A stretch of 64,000 bases of DNA from Octopus bimaculoides (Eukaryota): positions 65,868,211 to 65,932,210 of the forward strand of contig NC_068984.1 of NCBI RefSeq assembly GCF_001194135.2. Direction: 5' to 3'. Below the pieces are notes generated by a model. The model saw nothing but the letters and a program-made list of their open reading frames with translations, made no database searches and had not been told where the DNA came from. The position numbers were made by a program, and so were the translations under genes. Below, piece by piece: positions 11,922 through 23,779 of the stretch (its first letter is position 1; each line of letters starts with the position of its first letter).

Positions 11922-12036
11922 TTATTCTTTTACTTGTTTCAGTCATTTTGACTGTGGCCTTGCTGGAGCACTGCCTTTAGTCAAGCAAATCACCCCATCT
12001 ATTCTTGTAGAATCGGAGATTCTACAAGAATAGATG
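11922..12036 (-). mobile_element. SINE family 1 tail fragment ending in a perfect 19-bp hairpin
   Basis: ttttacttgtttcagtcatt tail, then catctattcttgtagaatc-gga-gattctacaagaatagatg. Confidence 0.75.
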
Positions 12037-12344
12037 CAAGCACTAATTTATAAAAACGTATGACGTTAATAAAAATCTGTAAATGTACAACCATTCAGAT
12101 ATCTGAGTACCTGATTATTTTTTCTAATATATATATATATATAATACACATACACACACACGCCAGTAACTTCTGATATCTTTTGAATGACAGTTATATT
12201 AAAGGTACCTGCATATGTATATCGAATGCTCACGTTGAAACTCAGAGATCTATTTACTTTACTTTTATATACATTCTTTGTATTTATGTACATATGTTTA
12301 CACATACATATATAAGCATGTGCATACATTTTGCCTGTGCATGT

Positions 12345-12640
12345 GAGTGCTCTGATGCTGATGTGCCATCATGAATTGGCAATGCACGAGCAGCTTTTGA
12401 AAAACTACAGTATTGCATATGGGAGGGACAGCCTAGGTATTTGCATTTATACCAACATTAAACTTTACAACGTTGTTATCCTTCCAACTCTCCTTCACAA
12501 TACTGAAATTTGAATACTGTACCATTCCCATGCTACAAGTGCTTAACTTTTTACAGATGCCTTGCCTAAGGTTAGATTCTAAGAGGAATTCTAGACTTCC
12601 CAAAAGAGAATTTTTGAGATATACCAAAGCACCCACTTAA
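12345..12640 (+). mobile_element. Decayed RTE (BovB-like) RT fragment
   Basis: TNIKLYNVVILPTLLHNTEI resembles the RTE motif TKLKVYKAVVLPTLLYxCETW; stops present. Confidence 0.6.
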
Positions 12641-13336
12641 CTTAATCTGAAAGTAAATCAAACTTAAATACATCAAAACAATATTAACAGTTCAACTTTA
12701 AAGAACTTTAATCTTTTAGCATCCGTATTACTCTGTGAAATGTAATGCTTATTTATTCACATTGTTTCAAATTAATCATGCATTATCTTGTAGATTCATG
12801 AACATGTTGATGTGATTGTTTCTTTATAGAATGATATTGTAGGACAAGTGTGAGAAGCTATTTTGAACATAAACAGAATATTTGGACCAGATATGCCCAG
12901 TTTAAATGCAAATGGATTAAAGATTAAAATATATCCTGAAGTTATCAATAGTTCATTAAAACTATTTTAACTGCAATGATATATCAACACTTATAATTAA
13001 ATAATGGTGCATAAATAATGAATTCCAGATTTTTGCAGTATGGCAGAATTGTGTCAGTTATAGCCTCCTTATCTGAAAAGAAATTATCCTTAAGATCTCA
13101 GAATATGATCAACTTGGTGATAAAACAGTCATTATTTATCAATGTTATTCTTCAAATTTGAAGTCAGACTCATTACTATCTAATGGCAAATGATGGCTAT
13201 TTTCATTGGTTCATGAAAAGCTCTAAGGTTTTCATACACATTACATTTGCCAATACAAAGAGAGGTTAGGAAGGGTTAAATTTCAGCAGCAACTAACACT
13301 GTAGAGAAAAAGAAGAACCTCAATGGTAATGTTGAG

Positions 13337-13338
<2 letters not shown>

Positions 13339-13390
<52 letters not shown>
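13339..13390. repeat. (TAT)n microsatellite
   Basis: Seen directly. Confidence 0.97.
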
Positions 13391-13391
<1 letters not shown>

Positions 13392-14215
13392 GCTTACAAC
13401 AATGTGATTATTCATTATTAGCATCATCTCCATTACTATTATACTGCTGATAACTGCGTAATGTTCATAACATAAATATTTGCTGCTACTTATGTGATAA
13501 CTCTACAAATAATAATGACAAAATCATCTTAAACAAGTTAATTACCTCAGCCATAATGATGATGATGATGATGATGATTACCATCACACATGTTTATTTT
13601 ATAGTTTCCGTATTCATATATTTCTTAAATGAAAATCTTGGATAGTCATATCTAAAACATTTCAATATACTAGCCAACAAATCATATGTAACTAAGAGAC
13701 TGTATACAGTCATTTGACCTACAAGAAATTGAAGTCCCATCTCCCAGAAATCATACACTCACATTATAAGTAAATGTGCTAGGCCACACCAGGTACACTA
13801 ATGGTGAAAGATGGAATGGTTAGAAGTGAGTTGTATTTTAACGTGAATTTATTCAGTCAAGGTTGACTGAGGCCTAAATAACAACTCACTCATTTAAAAT
13901 CTTACAGAATATTCAGTTTTTTTTAAAAATCCAATAAATCTATCTACAAAAACAAATATCTCATCTCTTACTGCAAATGAAATTTGTTTTGTTTAAATTA
14001 AATAAATGAAAAGAGAGTACATGCAAGAAAGAGAAAACGATAATAGTCACTTGCATTAAACAATATAATCTTATTTTTTCTCACAAACAAATGCAACATA
14101 TACCCATTCATGTCTATTTAGTTTTTAATAAATAATTGCATGACATATTTTATAAAGCCAACCAAGATATTTGAAGTTACTTGGTTTTCTTGTCTAAATA
14201 TAAATCATACATATT

Positions 14216-14510
14216 TCTTTTACTTGTTTCAGTCATTGGACTGCAGCCATGCTGAGACAGCATCTTTGAAGGGTTTTACTCAAAGAGATCAACCCCAGTA
14301 CTTACTTTTAAGTCTGGTGTTTATTCTTTTGGTCTCTTTTGCCAAACTGCTAGGTTACAGTGACATAAACAAACCAGCACCTGTTCTCACAAGGCATTGA
14401 TCAATCTGAAACTATAGTAGAAAACACTTTCCCAAGATGGCATGCAGAGGGATGGGACCAAGAACTATGTAGTTACAAAGCAAGCTTCTTACCCACAGAA
14501 TGACACTTGT
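14216..14510 (-). mobile_element. SINE family 1, diverged, near full length
   Basis: Tail tttcttttacttgtttcagtcatt through head ...aagcttcttacccacag, matching 41048-41455. Confidence 0.78.
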
Positions 14511-15893
14511 ACCTTGTCTTACTATGAATTATATAAATATGCTACTTTAGAAACAAAATTATATGGGTAACGTTATTGTTTTCAAAGTTAGTGTAGATTC
14601 ATAGACAATGCTAGAGATAGTTTGATTGTTTGTATTTTCATAATAATAATAATATTATAACAATTGTCATGGTAACAGTTCTTTAAGTATGAAGGTGCAT
14701 AATGTCTTTATGAAACATTTTGAAGAAATATAAATCTTCATAAAAGCCACTTGGCTGGATGACCTTCACTTGAAACTGATAGAATTCCTAAAGCCAAAGC
14801 ATCATTAGAAAGTCTTCAAAATGAAAATCCACTGTGGCATGCAAATCCTCATCAATTATGTTTGATACAGGGATTTCACATAAAACGTTGCAAGACTTTT
14901 GTCTTATGTTGTTTACCAAACAAAAGACAAAACTTTATAAAACAAAATAACCGTGGAAGTAAATGAATTTATTGAAAGCAAACGATGAAATGTTGATGGC
15001 AATTTAAAATAACATATATATAATGGAATAAAAGAAAGGAAGCATGATTCTAAACCTAATTAAATCAACAATAAACCCCATTTTTACAGTCTAGCTTTGA
15101 TATAATGCATTCAGTTGAATGTTTTCTTTATTGAGTGTTATGAGGCAAATTAAAACTTATATATTATATGAAATATGCTTCAGAATCGATTTTTTAAAAT
15201 AATACATTTGACCCTTGTTTATGAAATCTCTAAGTAAAAAAATTGAATATAATTTTAGAATGAAGGAATACTAATTTTATACCTCACTGAAACTGTAATA
15301 AAAGAAATGCTAATGATAAAATAACAAGGATATAATGAGGCTCTAAAATACAAAGTAAAATTTTGTGATGCCTTGTATTCAGATAATAAAAATATATTAT
15401 AATGGACTTTACTAGTTTCCACAAGAACTAATACATATTAATTTCAATTCACTAACTCAAAATTTGCACTGAATAACTACTATGAGCTGTATAATAACTC
15501 AAACTATTCAGAAGATACAGAGATTCATAATAATGATAATAATAAAAGAACTATGATTAGCAATTAGAAACATAAATAGAAATAGGTAAATTGAGATTAA
15601 ATAAACTACTTTCAATGAGAGTACCCAGCTATAACTATACAAATATTATTTTTAAAATATTCAGAAAACTACTGGCTATTTTACTTTTATATGTATCAAG
15701 GCATGAAATAACAAAGTATTTACATAATTTAAACGATGTGTTGCTTGAAATAAAAACCAGCAATTGGCAAAATGCTTTATACATATATAAACAAGAATAG
15801 ATTACCACATGAAAAATATTTTAACCAGTTGGATATCAGTCATACATTATTTTATTTTTAACTATCTACATTTTTCTATAATCTAATGTTTAG

Positions 15894-15945
15894 GACATGG
15901 CCAAAACTACTTACAGTAGAAGAATTATTTCCTGAGTTGATGAAT
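15894..15945 (+). CDS. Candidate internal exon (TWPKLLTVEELFPELMN)
   Basis: Acceptor tttttctataatctaatgttttag|, consensus donor |gtgagt, 52 nt open (phase 2 to 0), protein-like composition. Confidence 0.45.
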
Positions 15946-16929
15946 GTGAGTTAAACTTACGAGATATGAATATTTCCAACTAATTAAATAAGGTCCAATG
16001 AGCATGAAAAGTTATCAGTTGAATTCCTAATCGAAAGCAACCACTGAACACAATGTCTTCTCAAGGATGAAAGATTGCTTCTGCCTTGAAGTCAATGCTT
16101 CATGAAAACTATCTTTCTCCTGGTTTCTGGGCATTAAGTTGGCAGTATCCCTTAAATTTCTTAAGAACTATCGATACTTTAATGGTCTGATCTGAAACTA
16201 AAAGTAATTCTGTACCTCAGATATACTAAAATCAATTTTATTAGTATTTTAGTTTTAAATCCATGGATGTAATCTTTGACTCAATGCTATAATAAAATTC
16301 TTAAAAAGAAATTTTCTGTCATTTCTTTACTTATATCTTGAAACTGATTATTCTGTAAGTATATATCTCAGTATAAAATCTTTTATTATAAGAAAACTGA
16401 TGAAAAATGTATATGATCAAAGTTCTTAATGCGAATTATGGAAATATACAGCATATACTTAAATGAGAATTTCTTTCAATTTTGCTGTTACAATCACATA
16501 AACTTAAATTTTGTTTTCCGTGCCCAAGTCAAACACATTGCAACATAATGTCATGTTCTGAACATTAGATTTCTTTTTCATTTTATTTTTACTGGTTTCT
16601 GTCATTGACAATGGTCATGCCAGAGGACAGCATTTAGAGATTTATTATTCTATATTTTAAAGATGAACTTAGTTGATACTGCACCAGTCCAGTTTTTAAC
16701 TGGCAGTACTGTGTAACACACACACACACAAAAAAAGTGATGATAAAGGAATATACAATTATACTTTGAAATTCATTAGCTTATATCTGTTTCCACTATA
16801 AGATGTAGTGGACTCAATTTTGAGTGCCTTATTAACACTTTATAGCGCCATCAGAACCTCAAACAGGAAGTGCAATTTATTTGGAAAGACAATTTCATTT
16901 ATTTATTTATGTATATTTGTATCATAATC

Positions 16930-17078
16930 ATCAGCATCATTTAACATCCGTTTTCCATGCTAGCATGGGTAGGATGGTACCACAAGAGCAAGCCAAAGCC
17001 TGCACTAAACTTCTGTGATTGTTTTGGCAGGATGTTTCACCTGGATGCACCAGAGTGGACTTAGTGCTTTTTACATGC

Positions 17079-17110
<32 letters not shown>

Positions 17111-17290
17111 AACATATATGATGATGATGAACTTCTGAACAGTCTTTTTGTACTAAATTCCTCAAACAAGGTATCGGCCATTCCAACACTATAGTAGAAC
17201 ACGTGCCAAAGATACTATACAGCAAGAACAAATCTTGAACAACATGGTGTTACAATATAAACTTCTTAACTACACAAACATGCCTGTATC
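16930..17290 (-). mobile_element. RTE tail relic followed by (CA)n and SINE family 1 head
   Basis: catcatttaacatccgttttccatgctagcatggg at about 16935-16970; SINE head at about 17131-17290. Confidence 0.65.
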
Positions 17291-17672
17291 TCTTAATATA
17301 ACAACATTATTCATGCTTTGTAAAACGTTAACAATTTTACTGGTACATTATTTATTATTTACAGACATTTGTTATAAATTTTTTTTTTTCATATTTTATT
17401 CTAGTAAGCACTAGGCAACCTATTATTCTAATTTGATTTTCCAACTTATAATATTCTACTTCATTAAAAATCTTATGTAATTGATGTTTCAGAGATGTAC
17501 ATCTATATTTAAGGTTATGACTCAGTTTTAGCAATTTCCCCTCTAATTATACCATTTCAAATCTTGTAAAAACTCAAAAGTTATATTTTTGCTAAAATTC
17601 TAGATACAATTTACATAAATAAGTCCTTTAAATCTTTTCAATAATAATTCTTTTTTGGAATGGATCTTGGAA

Positions 17673-17952
17673 AAACTGGTACTCTGTCAGTTATGACAAC
17701 AAGGGTTCCAGTTGACCTGATCAACAGCACAGCTTGCACGTGGAATTAATAAGTGGCTGAGAATTTCACAGAGACATGTACTCTTTACGTAGTTCTCAAG
17801 GAGTTTCAGCATGACACAGAATGTGACAAGGTTGGACTTTTGAAATACAGGTTCTACTCATTTTCGCCAGCTGACTGGATTGGAGCAATATGAAATAAAT
17901 TGTATTTCTCAAGAACACAATATGCCACCGGGAATCAAACTCACAACTTTAC
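17673..17952 (-). mobile_element. tRNA-type SINE (family 3)
   Basis: ccagctgactggattggagcaatatgaaataaattgtatttctcaagaacacaa is the reverse complement of the core at 36535-36590 and 37230-37290. Confidence 0.75.
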
Positions 17953-18852
17953 AGGAGCTTCAAGCACACATAAAATTATATAAATAGCAACATATAAATA
18001 TTGAGTTAAATGACTTTTAAAAACACACTCAAAAATGTGTTGTATTTTTGGTTGTCTCACATTTTATTTTTCACCTAGAACCTCTAATTTTATGGAAATT
18101 ATAGAAAAAAACTCTTCCCTGTGCAGCATCCAGCTTCAGAATCATATGATAGCTATTATGATTTTCACCCATTACTTAATACCATTTATGCTCAATTGTA
18201 CTACTTGGTATCAACGACTGAAACCAATCGTTAACACACTTCTATATTGTACAGCCTAGTCGGTTAGTTGATTATTTTAAATTTGACCAAATATTCCTAA
18301 AGCTTTTGCTAAATATATAGTATGGAGCTTTCCTCATTTTAATAATACTGCTTATCACTGATTTCTCAAACAATACAGCCAGATTTTATTGGCTCCACTT
18401 GTGTACATCTTCAAAAAAAAAAAACAGCTCACAAAAACACTGTTGAATAGTTACTCTTGGTGACACTATGAGCCAGAATACCTACATATTTTCCTCAATT
18501 GACAATAAATTATAATGATATTCATTATTGAAAATTCAATATAAAAGAAACCCAATTACCACCATTTACACTTCATGTATACTTAACAATGCGGACTAAC
18601 ACAGTAATAAAACTTTCCTTACATTTTGTAACCGATTAATGTGTAGTGTACATATGTATGGAAGTATTTACGTACTTGTCACTATTTGTGATCATGTGCA
18701 CTATGTACACTGATTTAATATAGCAATACTGATGTTCAACTATATTTTCTGGAAGTTCCAATTATTCCAATGTTAGGGATATATTTATCTTCATGCAAAT
18801 AAATTTCCTATGTTAAAACAATGAGGTAACCAATTAACTTTTCAGCTTGTAG

Positions 18853-18921
18853 CATCTGCTTAAGAATTGTAGAAACATCTGTTCATTCATTTATCCAAAC
18901 ACAGAAATACAATTGATGCTT
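18853..18921 (+). CDS. Candidate internal exon (HLLKNCRNICSFIYPNTEIQLML)
   Basis: Acceptor ttaacttttcagcttgtag|, donor |gtaagt, 69 nt, phase 0 to 0, in frame with 15894-15945. Confidence 0.4.
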
Positions 18922-19533
18922 GTAAGTATATGCATGCTTTCTTCAAACATACATGGAAAATTTTAGATAGTCATGTAGAGATTAAGTACCCTTCTTTCAA
19001 GTAGATTTGCTCTAGAAATTGAAACACTGTACATAATTATTTGATTATTAACTTTATCAACAAAATGAAATCAGAATCAAATATTTATAATAAAACAAAA
19101 CTTCAATCAATTAAAATGAAAACTAAATAATAAAATCATCTTAAAATCATTTTAGGACTTGTCACTGTAATAAAATTTATCTTAGGATTATATCAAACAT
19201 TCTAGAAATGTTAGTTATTGATTTTAGAAGTGAAATTAACCAAGGAAAATAAAGTTGAGATAAAAATAAAAGAAGTTATTTTTTAACAATAAATGTTTGA
19301 AGCAAAAAGCAAATATCAGTAAATGAAATGAATCAAAGGTAGAAGTATTTTTGGTGTCAGAAATGGAATTTATTTTATGCAACTTGGAAATTTATGAATT
19401 GCTATCTTCTTCAGTTGAATTAACTTGCTCTACATTATATGATCCTATCAAGAAAGATATCCAGTTATTAACAGGAGAAAGAAGACTTAAGAAAACAAAG
19501 AATATCTCAAACTGGATATAAGAATTTATTGTT

Positions 19534-19767
19534 CCATCTATCCATTCATCTTCCCTGCCCACTATTCCTGGGTAGGTTGTAAGGATAAAATCCTCAGTCA
19601 CCTCCTTCATAGGGTCCTACCAGGAGCAACCACCATTACACTTCTGGTTAGATTCCCAAGCATGATCAACTGAGACAGCGGACAATATCGAACCATTTTA
19701 TTCTTAGAATACCCTCAGGTCTGCTGCCACTAAGCTCAGCTTGAAGAACCCATCTTCAATTCTTTCC
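19534..19767 (-). mobile_element. Decayed RTE (Rex3/Expander-like) 3' end with degenerate (GATG)n tail
   Basis: Minus strand reads VLQAELSGSRPEGILRIKWFDIVRC..SCLGI (compare GRRPRGRPRTRW...RLGI), ending gaagatgaatggatagatgg. Confidence 0.55.
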
Positions 19768-21476
19768 TATGACATTCTATTGTTGTTTATCAAATAAAGC
19801 AAATTCAGTTTAAGAACACTAAATTACTTTTACTGAATTATTTTTAGAATATCTCAAGAAATACATTTTTGACTTTAACTAAGTGCCACAAAATTTGTTT
19901 CTCTTCTTTCACCAAATTAAAGGCAAATTTCACTAAGAATTACCAGCATATATCATTCGGTACATCACTACCTACACGAAATATCAAAATTCATGCCATT
20001 CACCTGCTTGGGTCTTTTCTTTCTTTTTGTATCTTAGCTCACTTCTGGTAACAAATGAATTATTAGTTCATTATATACTGTAACACATTCGGTACATTAC
20101 CTATGTCACTATTTATTTATTTTTTTATGAAAGCTTTATCTAGTTTTTAGACCTGAAACACCATGGCTAAAACATTGTCGATTTCAACAATTACACAATT
20201 TATAAGAATGTAATCTTAACATGGTTACTCCATTTTCACATAAATTTCTGTAATATCTGTGCTTCTTATTTTCATTTTAGTAGTCTGCTATCAAGTAACT
20301 AATATCAGTATTGTACAAGGCTCCCTATCTATTCTAGTACTTAGTCTGTGAAAGATCATGTATGGTTTCTTCTCTATTTGGGACCGTTTCATACCTCTCA
20401 ATAGCACTATATTTTGTAGCTGATTATTGATTTTAAATGCAGTAACTCTTGAAAACCTGCTGAAATCAAATCTGTATCTCTACTACTTCAAAGACATTTT
20501 CATTATCTTATTTCCTTATGCATGATGCAATTTATTCAAGAAAGTACATTTATATTTTCCCTGATTAGTGAAATAGATACCGAAACAGCAATATCTCATT
20601 AAGCATTTCAATTTGAAATAGGAACATTGTATTTAAGGTAATCCATATAATAAATATGATAAAAACGAGTTAATCCAACAAACATTTATACTGATGTGAA
20701 GAGAAATTTTCAGACATCTGATAAACTAAAGCTAATCCTATATACCATGTGTGTGTGTGTGTGTGTGTGCATGTACTTTTCTTCTTATATGTGTGTGTGT
20801 GCATTTCTTCCTCTCTGTGTGTGTGTGTGTGATTATTAACACCAGTCTACTAACTATCACCAAAATAAGGAAACTAATTGAAACAAAAATTTAATTTCTG
20901 ACAAACTATTCAAAGTTTGGAGTTTATGTTTCACATAATTAATTATACTTTAGCAAAATATTTTTCTCATGGCAAAAGCTAGTTATCATTTGCAATTGAT
21001 AACAAGAGCTAGTATAATGTAAATAAAAATATTACAATGCAGAAAAAGAAAAGGATTTCAATGTGTGATAATTGTGCCTGATATTCTCAAATGATGCTTC
21101 ATCACAAAAGCTGCTATTTAAAACAACCATTCAAAACGATGATCAAAGTGTACATTGTGTTGAAAAGAAAACCGGGTTTCTCAAGTAAAAGAGAGAGTAT
21201 ATAGGCTACTAATTACATTCACACTAAAGTCAGAGTATTTAATTATAATGACTGCTGTGGTCGACCACAAGTAAATAACTTCATAAAAAGTCTTATTTCC
21301 TAAAGGAAATACTATTTGGAGGAAGAATTGATAAAGAAGAAGAAAAGTCTTCCATATTAGTTCTATTTTCATTTAATTTTTATATATTTTCAATGTGGTT
21401 TTGAATAGAAGATATTCAACTTCATTTTTCAAAACTATGTTGATAATACCATAAAATGTACAGATATTATCATGAT

Positions 21477-21941
21477 CAATGTGTGACCAAAATGTTATTT
21501 TGTACCAAAACTTGCTCTACTATGCTGTGAGCTTCAATTACATATACAAATACAAAAGTTAATGCTACATAGTTGTTATGTGATATCAAAGATACTACAT
21601 AGTTTATAATTATTCAATTATTATTCATCATTATTTCAACTAAATTAATAACTATTACAACTTCATGTTAAGAAGTACCTGATTGTATGTACATTTCTTA
21701 AATCTTAAAATTAAAAATGGCAGCAAATTTTAACCAGCTAACACTATTGATTCTTTCACTGATTTCCATGTTGTAGAAAATGTTGCCTATCAAGATCTAG
21801 ATTTTGAAAGAAATTGTAAATATTGTAAAAATCTATTTTGCTTTTGGCTTGCTCTAAATATATGACCAATGTGCAACCAAAATGTTAGTTTGTACCAAAA
21901 CTTATTTTACTATGCTGTGAGCTTCAATTACCTATACAAAT
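21477..21941. repeat. About 75-bp direct repeat with 390-bp spacing
   Basis: 21477-21551 versus 21867-21941 (accaaaatgtta-tttgtaccaaaactt...actatgctgtgagcttcaattac). Confidence 0.9.
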
Positions 21942-23289
21942 GAAAACAGAAATAACACTGCTAAACTCTTTGATAATGATACATGTTACTTTTGTTGTTG
22001 TATTAATTGCAACTGAAAAAGAGATTACTATACACACATCTTTTGTTATTATAAGATGTATTGATAGTAGATTATCACATTATTTTTTCCACTCAAGAAA
22101 AAAAAATTACAAAGAAAAGTAAAACAGCTATAAACAAGTGTTGTTGCATTGAATTAAATGATCATCTTAAGTTTTGTTATTGCCCATTCTAGCTATAAAA
22201 GAAAACAACACTCCAGGAAAAACAAATACAGTAAGGAAATTATGTTATCTATAAAATATATTTAGTTTTCCAAGCTCAATATTTGTCAGTGAGCAAAACT
22301 ACTTATAGGTCAATATTACTTTATATTATTTTTTGTGTGTAACAAAAAAAGAAAATAAGTAATTTAATAATGTTCACATTTAGGTATATTATTTAACTTT
22401 TGTTTTTATCTCATTGTAAAAGTATGGAAGAAAAATACTAATGAAAAACCTTTTGTTTTGAAGATTAGAAAAGATCCAATTGACTTTATCTTCAGCAGTT
22501 TTTTCCCTTGTCAGAGATAATTGTCATTAAAGTTCAGATTGATACACTCTGAAAACTATTTCTAGACTTTATCCTGACACTTAAATGTTGTTGTTTCTCA
22601 AGATAAAAGTTTTATAATAAACGGTTTTGCACTTTTTATTAAATAAATACTGGCTGCTAGCAACAACAATGAATTATTTAAGCTAATCGAAAACAATAAC
22701 AGAGAATAAATCTATTTCAGTAATAATAATAAGATAGACTAATGATTTTTTTTTACTAAATGTGTGTGTGTGTGTGTGTGTGTGAGCAGGAAACCAGTCA
22801 AATTTTTACAATGATAGATTATACAATGAAGATTATTTGCATATTTGGAAATTTGAGAATGTAGACTATGCATTTTATTGATAGACTGTCTTCCAAGAAT
22901 TAATTATTTTGGATGTATATTTTGATAACAAGAATGACGTTCTTCATCATGGAAGAACAGAATACACTAAAAGCATGATTTTGATAACTGATCCTTAATT
23001 CTGTAATCTTGAAGATTATCAGCATACCAGCAGATATAAGCTAATAACAGTGCATATGTGCTTCATAAAGTAGACTGAGTAATATATAGAAAAATGGAGG
23101 GATGAAACTTTTTGTGCAATCAAATTGTAATAACAGTGCTGGAATACATATGATTGCATTTTCTATCATGAGTAAAAGTACTCAATTGGAATTTGATGTT
23201 TGTTATCACTTACAAAATATTTGATCTTGAATTTAACTTATTCCGTTACCCAAATTTAATGCTTACAGCAAGCAAGTATTAGGTGAATG

Positions 23290-23779
23290 TTCTCTACTGC
23301 ATTTCTATATTTAATGATTCTATATGACTTTCTCAGCATGGATCATCTAGTTGTATAATATATCTATGAAGATGTAACCATCCTTCTTACACACATCAGT
23401 CAATGCTTTTGATCCTGCTGCTTTCTTATCTCATTGTTTTCAGGCTTTCTCTTAGATTAATGTTGTATATCAAAGATTATAACTCCCTATCTGCATTCAT
23501 TGTTCATAATTTACTGCCATACAGCATCATACTTGTATGCCTCATAAAATAAGCTTTCCACAAAGGGAGAGAAACTCAACAGAGGTACCAGTTCCCCAAA
23601 TTTTATCCATCATATTTTAATCCTATTTACAAGATATTATAAAGCCACTTGCAGAACTAATTATATTGCCTAAATAGATGAAATGATGTACAATTTGCAG
23701 TGATGTGTCCCTTCAGTCATTAGAACTATTTCATAGCTAACAACTTCTCTTGTGCATTGAGCCAACAAAGTAACCTATA
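23290..23779 (-). mobile_element. Heavily decayed RTE RT/C-terminal relic
   Basis: Minus strand gives VHHFIYLGNIISSASG, IKFGELVPLL, MLYGSK and NNEIRK across frameshifts, collinear with the RTE at 50960-51300. Confidence 0.6.

Noticed and set aside
20151-20209. Acceptor plus perfect Kozak accATGG (MAKTLSISTITQFIR)
   Set aside because: Weak donor (gtaatc) and no other support; plausible by chance.
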